Source of the DNA: Marsupella aquatica
Taxonomy: Eukaryota; Plantae; Marchantiophyta
Assembly (NCBI GenBank): GCA_973895155.1
Contig: OZ316897.1
Location: 14,693,375-14,757,374, forward strand
Length of the DNA stretch: 64,000 nucleotides
Direction: 5' to 3'
The position numbers and the translations under genes are program-made. Positions within the stretch are counted from its first letter, which is position 1. Every line of letters starts with the position of its first letter. Positions 25,301 through 35,247 of this stretch are shown here, piece by piece. Under the pieces are notes generated by a model, which did no database searches, was not told where the DNA came from, and saw only the letters and a program-made list of their open reading frames with translations.

Positions 25301-25975
25301 CCCCAATAGCTTGACCACTAGAAGCCCGTTTCGGACATCCTTCCCCAATAACGACCCAACCCAATGGACAGTTCCATCCGGGCCTATGGGCGTGAAAAAG
25401 TCCTTTGATTCCTTGTCTGTCGAAGTGAGAGAAAATTCCAACATATCGGATATCATTGATACAAGACTCCCAACTGAATTCTCGTCAACGTCGACTACAC
25501 TAAAAATTTCGTCGAGAGAAGATCCTTCGCTGTCAAAATCGTCGCTGATATCCGCTTCACAATCTACAAGCAAACCGACCCGATGAACTACTCCATCTTC
25601 ACTAGTATGATCGAATAGGCTGATTTGTGGTGCTGTGGCTCTCTCAAAAGTCAGAACTACTTCTGCTATTATCGACTCCGGATTCGATAACACTTGTCTC
25701 ACACGCGGCCCCCACAGACTAACCAATTCATCCAGTAACAAAGTGGTATCTTCCGTGATAGGATGCACTCCGAACAACCCGACCCAATGAGTAACGGGAC
25801 CATCATCTTCATCGCATGTGTATTCAAAAAATCTGGTTTGGGATTCAGTCACTGTTAGCCCAAAATCCAAAACATTGTTCGACTCCGGATCTGTGGCCAG
25901 CACTGGCCTTACATCGTCCCCCCACAACCTTACCAACTCGTCAAGTGACGTTCTCGTCATAACCTGAGCTTCCAT
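22338..25975 (-). CDS. Atypical U-box/ARM protein, ~1114 aa: 3 novel N-terminal repeats, ~12 ARM, 2x(U-box + TPR-like), C-terminal TM; exons 25975-23612 and 23318-22338
   Basis: ARM consensus EQTA.CL..LA...ENQV.I.S.PG.L.ALV.LL repeated. Phase-0 donor CGG|GTAGGT (23611) and acceptor TTTCCAG|ACT (23318) join the two ORFs in frame. U-box-like DPLT.D.MCDPVKC.DGRTYDRW twice; TPR-like Y...AL......F..A...LS.VLKW.P.D twice; hydrophobic tail LFVPMMVLFVAAGIWFVVASGW. Confidence 0.8.
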
Positions 25976-28428
25976 AGCTGCCCCAGAGTTGGAATTTACT
26001 TCACATTCCCGAAGCTCAATCAGTTGATGGCTTCGAGATCCCAGGTATAGCCTGAATGCAATACTAGTCGATCAATCATGTGGCTATTCTTGTATCCACA
26101 ACACATGTGACGCTATCTTTTCGTAGTCAGCCAAGGGCGGTAGTCGCTGGTGCTGGTATCCGCCCATTTTGCGCCAATTCACTGCTCCTCATGAGTCATT
26201 TCTCCTCACTTCAGTGTCTGGGAGTGAATTTGGACATTAAGTCAGTTAGCACATTAGACTTGTCTCAACTTCAGACAAGATTTTGCTGTCGATCAACTGA
26301 GCAATTTTATTATCGCAATCATCCGGACACAATGGGGAGCCACTCAGTCAGTGAAATGCAGCAACAGAAAGCTAGACTTGTAAGCGACAGGAATAAGAAC
26401 TTACAGAGCTAGCCATGACCTGGGCAGAGTATCGGAGGAGAGTTCCCATACAAAAATGGATGTGACAAATGAATCTGCAATTAAAGTCACAACAGCTTGC
26501 TGCTTGAGTAGAGTAGGCCGATCGGTTGCTCTTTGTAGACCAGTAGAACTGCAGTCCCAGCCATTACCAATTGCGTCCGTGTTAGCCAGAAAGACTGGAT
26601 CTGAGAAAATTAAAAACCTACAAACTTGACATGACGATGGCCTGAGTTATCGCTTGAACTCGGAATATGGTCGATCAGAACATGATCAGAACATGATCAG
26701 AGAGTTACATGGAAAAACCTAAGGAACTAGCCGAGACTGGAGCACCTAGAGTGAATTGTGGCATGTACTATTAAAATAATACAATTCCGTTTGCGGTTGA
26801 AAGCATTGAAACCAATCAAGACCTTGACTGAGACGCTCATTACCTCAATCGTCCATACAGGCTGTGAATATTTAAAAAATTCCCATTCATCGTGTTGTCG
26901 TCTTGGCAGTAGAAATCAGGACATCTCTGCCCTCACCAGTAGCTGTTGTTTAGGGTCTGGACCTACATGCGTGAAATTAAGAGCCCCGTGATGAAGCCTG
27001 ACAGATATCTCAGATCGACGATTCTGGATGGCACGCAAGTCAAGTAGCACCGGAAGTTTCTGCCTGGCTTCACCTTCAATAATTCCAGACGAACGAAGCC
27101 CATACTTTCCTGGATGGCCGTGTCTGGACGGAAGTTGTTGAGAGAGATTCGTCGTGTCTGAAAAGCAGAATTAACTTTGCCGCTCGGGCCCGATCTCTAG
27201 CTCTTGTAAACGCGTTTCACAGTTCGTGTGATTTTGGATTCGATCCCAGATTCTCACGTTGAAAAGCACTGTACAGTCAAGGAGGAACTGAAAAATCAAT
27301 TTATAAGTCTTGTTTTTTTGTCTTGAAAGGAAATGGGGAGTAAATACAATTAGACTCCCCCCACCCCAGTGAGTCTTGTAAGTGACAACTTTGTGAAGAA
27401 AAGATGGCTTCCTGACAAATTATACGAGTACGCTGCACATTTCTCATTCAGTCGTGTCCACATGAATCCCAGGTAATCGTAGGGTTGACAAGCCCCGAAG
27501 AAAAGATGGGGTTTAGATACGAGGTACCTACAAATGGAATCTGTATTGCATCAGATCTAGAATTTAGAAGAATGATACAATTTTGCAAAATTAAAAAAAA
27601 AACAATAGTACAAATTTCAAACCGGGTCCACCATAGTCTTTGTCTTCCATGTGAGGAGAGAAACTTGACTGCGTCTCGCCTTCTCCTTGCATTTCCTCTA
27701 CTCTTAGTTTATGTATTTTAGAGCTTGTTCCGGGAAGCTGTGAAGTCGGGAGCCAGTTTCGTCAATTTGGTGAAAAGCGTGTTCCGAACGTCGTCACGAA
27801 CGTCGCAGCTCCTACTCCAGCCGATGTCGCCCATGGGGTGGAGGTATCAGGAGGACCTTATGATCAGTATTCTAGTGGACCTGAAGAGTCCGCTGCCTGC
27901 CATCACTTGGGCTGTCGTTGCTTCACCTCAAGTTGCAGCCTGACCCACGAAGAACAGGGAAGGATTGGATAGGGAAGAAGATTTTGCATCTCTACTGCAA
28001 CCCGGCGCCAGTGGCAAAGTTGTGTCGTCCGGCGACAGGTTGCAAAGAAGACTGTAGCCGAGGTAGAACAGCCCGTAGCTAGCTAGTCACAATGACCCGG
28101 GCCTGGATGCACACACTGACGGGCCACGGCTATTCCTCTCCATTTTTTACTGTCAAGATGTCGATATGTTTGTCTGTGCATCATTGTGCATCATTGACCA
28201 TCTTTCACAGACAGAACACTAGCTAGTTGAAGGTTGGTTCAAAGTCCATTCAAGTGTTATACATATTCTGATGGAAGCTCCTGTGAGATGACTAGGACGA
28301 CAACGGAGAACCAATACAAGAACCATCAATCTTGCTGAATGACTACGAATTTGTGTGAATGAGCCAATCCCGGGGGCTAATCTTGATCTTATATTTTCTT
28401 TTTGTGTTTTTGCAGATCGTTGGATGAC

Positions 28429-30273
28429 ATGACTCCTCCCGTGTCGCTCTTGGGATTTGTTTCAATCCCGAGCGTGTGGGTGATAACCAATTTAGGATTA
28501 CCCTCCGACATCTGGACTTTTGGTGTGATCCCGTTGCTCTCGATCTGTTTTAGCTGCGACCAAAGGAAACTACGGCAAGCAGCAGTTCAGGTGAGGGGGT
28601 CACTGGGCCTGTTCATCGGCTCGGCCATCGTTACATATCTATGTAACGATATCTCTATCTTGTACGCCCGGGTTACATATACTCGCTTCGTCCTATGGAA
28701 ATTGGCCGTTGCGCTAGTCTGGCTGCTCTGTATGATTAAAGGTTTCCAATTCGAAAAGCAAATGTACTGGATGGACACATTTGGCGCAGTCGCCAAGTAT
28801 CTGGTGTGGAAGGTTGTCACCCGGTTTACAGGTGAAGAGATGTGGGTGGGTTACAAAAGCGAGTGGGCATACTGCTCACCATACAGCAGAAAACTAGTTC
28901 ATAAGGAGATAGGTCATTACTACAATTTGCAGAAAAGGTTCGAAAAGCAAGATACTATTCCCGAGAAGTACAAGTTCAACTTTCGTATTGAGTCTTGCAA
29001 TGTGTACGCTGCTTACACATACTCTACTGCTTCCGAAGTTCGTGACGGTAAGGGTGGAGATTACAGTGCTTCGAGCCCACTGTCTCCGATACGAATACTT
29101 CGTAGAAATGACTTCAAAAAGAGAGCTGACACACGGTCTGCTTCATTGACAACTTTGCAGACGGAAGGAGAAAGTTTGTCTGCAAAGGCTGAGCGTGGTC
29201 CGCTTGTAAAGGATAGATTTACCCTGATTTCGGGGCATGCCTGCAACAAAGTAGAGGTGTCTTTGCGTTACGAGGATAAGATACTGGAGGGCTACACCTT
29301 TTACAATGTTGCTTACGACGCCTTGGCCGAATTCAAGCGAGTACTGGAAGTCCTTAAAGAGGAAGGCAATGTCATATTCTCTACCATTAACAGGAACATC
29401 GGCTCAAGCAGACCCCGGGCGCATGCCAGATGCTACGAATTCCGAGAGCTGCTTGAGCTCATACTGAATCAGAGCTATAAACTGCACGAAGTGGATCTAC
29501 GAGCAAAGTACAAGTGCATCATTTCGGGGCATTGGACTTTACAACTGCAGGCAGTTGTACTGATTGGAGTCATGGTCGGGATCAATTATTATCAGCTCAC
29601 TGGACCGCCGAAGCACGTCAGTATTGTAATCGTCCTTTTGACAATATATGGTCTCACTCACTTGTTCCTCTTTTCAGTGACCCTTGCCTGGAGTGAACAG
29701 CACAAAGTGAAAAGACTTGTTCACTTCATAATCAGCAGGACTAGGCCAAGAGAAGTGGATGATTGGTACAGGTACTTCCAAGTGCGGTTTCCTCTATTGA
29801 CGTTCGCTAATGAGAGTTATTGCTATCCCTACGTCTCAAGTCAGAGGCGGATCTGCTACTTAGAAGGAACTATAGGTTCCCTTCCCGTGTTGGGCACAGA
29901 GCATAGATACTTTCGCATGGAGCATCTGAGAGAAGGAACAAGAATTTTCGACATGAGAAATCTTCAGCTGGAGCTGTTTGTGACGTACATGGAAGGAGAG
30001 GTGCAGATCGATGTACTATTGCGCAGAGTCTACAATGACTACACCTGCTGCTACCGAGAAATCTTCCAGACTAACAGGGCCAAAGCCATCGACTTCATTG
30101 CGCTGATGAATTGGCTTGAAAAGAACCGGTGTGCGGGAGTCTGTAAAGAGTGGCCCGAAAGTGGCTTAATGTACGCTTACAGATATCCAGAGCTGTTCCA
30201 AAAGGTGCTCAAGGATGGATTAAGGCCCATGATAGCCACCTTCATTGGCCCTATCGACATGACAGTAGAGTGA
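28429..30273 (+). CDS. Uncharacterised multi-pass membrane protein, paralog A (614 aa from ATG 28429)
   Basis: Long ORF conserved in frame with paralog B. Preceded by an acceptor TTTTGTGTTTTTGCAG just upstream of the ATG. About 4 N-terminal and 2 central hydrophobic segments. No family recognised. Confidence 0.8.
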   Translation: MTPPVSLLGFVSIPSVWVITNLGLPSDIWTFGVIPLLSICFSCDQRKLRQAAVQVRGSLGLFIGSAIVTYLCNDISILYARVTYTRFVLWKLAVALVWLLCMIKGFQFEKQMYWMDTFGAVAKYLVWKVVTRFTGEEMWVGYKSEWAYCSPYSRKLVHKEIGHYYNLQKRFEKQDTIPEKYKFNFRIESCNVYAAYTYSTASEVRDGKGGDYSASSPLSPIRILRRNDFKKRADTRSASLTTLQTEGESLSAKAERGPLVKDRFTLISGHACNKVEVSLRYEDKILEGYTFYNVAYDALAEFKRVLEVLKEEGNVIFSTINRNIGSSRPRAHARCYEFRELLELILNQSYKLHEVDLRAKYKCIISGHWTLQLQAVVLIGVMVGINYYQLTGPPKHVSIVIVLLTIYGLTHLFLFSVTLAWSEQHKVKRLVHFIISRTRPREVDDWYRYFQVRFPLLTFANESYCYPYVSSQRRICYLEGTIGSLPVLGTEHRYFRMEHLREGTRIFDMRNLQLELFVTYMEGEVQIDVLLRRVYNDYTCCYREIFQTNRAKAIDFIALMNWLEKNRCAGVCKEWPESGLMYAYRYPELFQKVLKDGLRPMIATFIGPIDMTVE

Positions 30274-33200
30274 ATAGGACCACATCGCATGATTCCTAAG
30301 GAGAGCGAGGCTCTAGACGGATAAAAAGGCTGGCCGTCCGTTTGTGCCCATATAGGATACTCTTGCACCCTACAGGGGAGGGCAGACATGCACACGATGT
30401 AATGATATTTCTCGGTTCATGTTCATGCGGTTTAATTCTCATTGCTGAAAACTGGCAGTAGGGCTTCGAATATTTTACTTAGAAGGTTAGCCTTTGAGGG
30501 CCCCTTTCTACTCGGCCTTGCCTGGACTAACATGAAGATCATAGAAACTTTGCCGCAACGCTCTAGTGGTCTACTTTAGTACGTGGCAATGTCTGCGTCA
30601 ATTGAGACCCTTGAAACACGCCACAGGTAGTGCATGTGAGGTAGTCATGACAGCACTTGCACTTGTCTCTGTGTGAGAGTGCGAGCACAATCATGAGGTG
30701 GAGTGCTGCATCCTGTAGAGAAGCAGATGCTGGGGTTCAGGTAGTCCCACCAAACCGAACAAATTATGAGCATCATAAACACGTTTGCATCCGTTACTTT
30801 GCAGCTTTAAGTCAGCTTCAGCGTCCTAACAGGTGCTCAAAATATACCCACCTCTTAAGTTTCCCTCAATCTGACAAGCAATGTTTCTCGGTGCTAATTT
30901 CCAGAACAGGAACGGTGGTTAGAGTTATGTCGGTTTCCGTTGAGCAGCATTATTTGGCTGGAATACTCCATCTTACTGCAAGAATTGTAACGTTGTACAA
31001 TTTCTCACACATACCAAGAACTGCATAAAATGGAAAGTGCGTAAGACAATATTGTTTTGCGTCTATCTGTGGGTAGGTATAGAGCATTCGCTTTTCGCTT
31101 CAACCAAGAACTCAATTCAGGACGCCAAGGATTGCAGTTAGAGCGAAGTGCACACTATGTTCAACTGTAGGTTAAGGCCTTCTTGTCGTGGCCTTGGACA
31201 CAGCTGCCTGAATTCCGTGAAACTCCCCGTGACGCCAGTATTTGAAGTGTTCTTTCATGAAAACCACGTTCGTGATTCTTGCATTGTAGGATACTGCTAC
31301 GGTGAGAAACTCTTCATTAGTGATCTTGAGACAGTTCAAGAACATCAAGCCCTTAGTACGGTGCTTCTGGAGAATGGATGTTCTCGAATGACTGGAGAGC
31401 ATGTCATTTTGTCAAACCTGGAAATCTACATTTCAATTCTGAACCAAGTCCCCGGATTTTCCCAACTAGAAGTTCTGCCCACGTGACGAAGTCCCCATTC
31501 AAGGACTTGCAAACCACCGAGAGACCACGTCTAGAACACTGGTAGGAAGTGAATCCTCGGGCCCTAGAAAGTAATGTTTCGGCGCAAAAAGTGATCTTCA
31601 TTTTGATCGAATCTTACTGGAAATCACTGTTCTGGAATTGATTCTTCTGGACTGAAGCTCCAGCTAGCTGAAAGTTACATGGGGCTAGAGCTGAAGCCCC
31701 GGCTGAAGCTACAGTGAATTGTGCTTAGCCGGAGCCACCTCAGGTCATGAGTCTGTACTAAACATATGATTGCAATTCTGCATTGAAACTTTGCTCCGTA
31801 CATTCCAGTTTTCATTTTTCTGTGTTTGACGCCAAACAGTCTACTTTGTTTGAAGGATCTCAATTTCTGAAGCTCTATGTGAACCCTTTGGAGGGGAAGC
31901 GCAGAAGGAAGCTATCAGTAAGTGTGCACCTTCATTGCCAGGCACCTCCAGTCATCAGTATGTTGATCTCTGCTGGAAGCATCGACTATCTCCAGTAATC
32001 GATCACTGGTCTGTTGAACTCTCTTGGAAGAGTAATTTGCAGGTGTACATTGATTACTTATGAAATTGGATTCCTTTGTTGGAGGTTTGGAGGTTCAGTT
32101 TTACAGCAGCCAAATAATTTCAATGGACTCTCAAGGCAACGCTTCTTTTATGGAGTAACTTAATTTCAATAGACTCTGACTCAAGGCATCGCTTCTTTAA
32201 TGGAGTAACTTCTTCCTGGGATCCCAATGACATTGTTTTAAGGGAGGTCTCAGAATTTCCAGGGAATAATAAAATGTGAAACCCCTATCTAGAAAGTAAA
32301 ACTTGGCAACAAGGAGACATTTGGCCAGGGGTTAGCCTAGAACTGAGAGGTCCCACATTCAATCCACAAACACAATGGGTGTGGACTTCCTAGGTTCAAT
32401 CCCCTTTCCACACACACACACACACTAGGGGTGTGGAGGGTATGTGTGTGTATGTGTGGGTGGGGTGTAGTTGTGATAGTATTGGTTTCTCCTTGGCCCC
32501 TGGCTGGCCCGCTTTGGGGCCCTAGTTTAATCCATTCTCCTCCTGATTTGGGTCCCTGTCAGATCTCTCGGTGTTGTCCCCTTGTGACTACCCTACATAA
32601 AATCACATGCTCCAGTGCAGGATGTCTATGTTGGATGGGCCTGCTTTCCACTTTCAAAGCAAAATAACCAAGTGATTAAAAGGAGAGCAGTTTACAATGT
32701 GTGCTTTCCTTACCATACAACAGATGGCTTTATAGTATTTGGAATGGACCACATCACAAAGATAGTGGGTTCTTTGTTTGTTTGCTGGGGACAAGGTTCA
32801 CACCAACTTCCTTCACTGCCACACTAAGCATGGATATACCTGGCTCAAATTATGAATAGAATTATGTTGTGGTTAGAGGACATTGTGAGATATAAGCCTA
32901 GGTACCAAAAACCAGGACTGCAGACCAAGTTTTGAGGGGCTTTATTCTCACAATTCCAGTAACTAGGACATGATTATCCTACGATAAAACTTGAGTGATT
33001 TTTCGGGAATAGAGAAGGAAAAGAAAACTTATGAAATAAATAGTAAAAATTAAAGGGCCATGCAACAATTTGTTGGCTGACAATTAGTTGAACACCTGAA
33101 AGAAAGTGAAAATGGGAAAAGCCGTGCAATGTACTAGATTATGATCTCTCTATTGTAGGACAATCTTAATTTTGTTTTATATGCTAGACTGTTTCTCTCT

Positions 33201-33339
33201 GTTACATTCTCCTAGATTTATGGTACTCCCCATAATCCCTTTTTCAAAAGAAGGGATGGATTATGGAAACTAATACCCTGTATAATACAAAGAGAAAAAT
33301 CACAGGTCAAAAATATTTATGTAGCAGAAGCACTGTGCA

Positions 33340-33790
33340 AGCATGCTGAATTCAAGATCAGGCACAGATGTGTGTAGTGCCAAGAATGGCAAAGGGTATG
33401 TATTTGGCATACTTTGCCTCCCACAGGTAACCTCTGTTAGCTGGTCTGAGGTCTATGACCCTAAGGTGGATGCTTGGTTTCCCATAAAACCCACAGTATC
33501 TCCGGGTCAGCTGTCAAGAGTGAAGCCTCTAGACCCTCAGTTTGGGGGCATAACTGAATTTCTGGGTCCAGGTGGAAATGGTGATTGGGACCAAAGTGAG
33601 TCTTTGGAAATGGCACATCATGTAGGGAGGTACTGACAACAGATTGAACTTGAATGATGAAAAGGTAACTGACTTGAATGTCCTCTCTTCTATTTATTTG
33701 CATAGAAAGCCAGGGCAGTCACCTTAGCTGTACCGAAAGACAACCAGAGGTCTATGCAAATATGGGTGCACAAAGATGCAGAGGAGGATT
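33340..33790 (+). pseudogene. Degenerate kelch-repeat (F-box/kelch-like) fragment; paralogous remnant at ~40970-41390
   Basis: NGKGYVFG...WSEVYDPKVDAW resembles the plant kelch consensus (GK.YV.GG..EVYDP..D.W); both copies are broken by stops or indels. Confidence 0.5.
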
Positions 33791-34537
33791 TAGGGTTTAG
33801 CCAACACCAGCTTAATTTCTAAGTTTTTTTCCTTTTTGCCAGGATGGAGAATGTTACCTTGAAGGAGAAGATGCTAAAATATAATGTAGCAAATTTGGCC
33901 AAAAGTGACCAAGCTTTTATGACTAGGTGGAATTTAGTAAATTTTCACCACTAACAAAAGGCTTTCTGGGAGCCCCTGGTTGACCTGGAGAAACCAGTTG
34001 GAGGCACTGAGAGGATGAGGCTATAAGTGACAAGCCAGAGGCCAACTGGAGAAGTAGGGCTGAAGGTAGGAGCAGACGTCTGATCCTAGAGGCCTGCCCA
34101 TGTTGAAGGTTCCCCAAAGTGGACCTCAGTTGAAGGCACCTGGAGGAGGGGCGGCTAGCCATGTGGCAGATCCACATATGCAACTATCAATTTTAATAGG
34201 ATATGTTTAACTCCTTATACATAAAACATATCAGGTTGAAATCCCGGTTAAAATTGTCTAAAGAAGTGCCCCTGTTAATGTCAGAAGTCTACTGTAGCAT
34301 AATAAAAAAATTGATGATGTTTCCATGTGGGAAAAATGTTGAACCCCAGTACATGCTTTTTTAGTCTATTTCCAAACTAGCTTGCATTTTGCGATTTATA
34401 TTAAAATAAATTTAAAACTCTTGCATGTTTGTTTTGCCAGTGATATGGACAATCAATCTCTTCCTTTAGAGTACCCAAATAGACAACATCGGAGAGAAAT
34501 CTTCCATGGATTGTCAAGTTTGACGTTTGGATGGAAC

Positions 34538-34824
34538 CAGTGTATTTTTTAAGGTTTTTTTATTTTTAGCCAGTGTGGCGAATGTTTGCTTCTTTGAGGG
34601 AGGAGATTCTAAGAATATTCTCTGTCAAATTTTATTACATTAAATTGTGACTGTCAGATATCCCTAGATTTAAGGAGGTCCGTTAGATTCTGGCTAATGG
34701 GGTCAATGATTTGGTGGAAGAGTGGCTAATGGTGTAGAAAAATGTAGCGAATCTTAGCCACAAGTGGCCAAAGTTTTTTGGGGAGGTGGAATTTGACTAA
34801 AATTGGCACTTAAAAAATAAGCTG
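34538..34824. mobile_element. hAT-like MITE, 287 bp
   Basis: TIR CAGTGTATTTTTTAAG vs CAGCTTATTTTTTAAG (reverse complement of the right end, 14/16). 8-bp TSD GATGGAAC/GACGGAAC. Empty site with a single GACGGAAC at 42324-42331. Confidence 0.85.
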
Positions 34825-35118
34825 GACGGAACCCACCTCACATCTATAGTATATGGGAATCTTTCGAGATAAAGCAGAATTTATTTTTTTAGGTTTTTCC
34901 TTTTTTTCCCAAAAAGTGACAAATGTCACCCGTGTCAAGTTTTCTAAAAATATTCCTTATATAGGTTTCTTAGATTAATTCCTGACCATTAGATCTTACT
35001 AGTAAAGTAAAATCACACCCGCCCATGTCATATGGCGTCCTTCCCTGCAGGTCTATTGTTCATTCCAATCTGCAATGAATAGTGGAGCCCTGAGTCGCAA
35101 GAAATGTCATTTTTGGCC

Positions 35119-35247
35119 AACTTTCTCACTAGCCATAGTTAGCCCCGGTTTGCATTTATGGAACTTTCTCACTAGCCATAGTTAGCCCGGGTTTGCACTT
35201 ATGGAACTTTCTCACTAGCCATAGTTAGCCCGGGTATGCACTTATGG
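35119..35247. repeat. 43-bp unit triplicated in copy 2 (single in copy 1)
   Basis: AACTTTCTCACTAGCCATAGTTAGCCC.GGT.TGCA.TTATGG at 35119, 35162 and 35205. Confidence 0.9.

Larger units (their letters stand above)
20257..34843. repeat. Tandem segmental duplication, copy 1 (~14.6 kb)
   Basis: Colinear blocks: 20257-20495~34878-35085; 21075-21370~35086-35456; 26078-30410~35465-40220; 32995-34537~40620-42331; shared end GACGGAACCCACCTCACAT. Confidence 0.92.

Noticed and set aside
27720-27973. ~85-codon open frame as an upstream coding exon of the orphan gene
   Set aside because: The frame is shifted and stopped in copy 2; more likely 5'UTR.
30650-31700. Possible F-box-associated pseudogene upstream of the kelch fragment
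   Set aside because: No convincing F-box motif found by eye.
13194-32211. Isolated 30-52-bp tandem duplications (~13194, ~16840, ~20843, ~32117)
   Set aside because: Ordinary slippage or repair duplications with no further structure.
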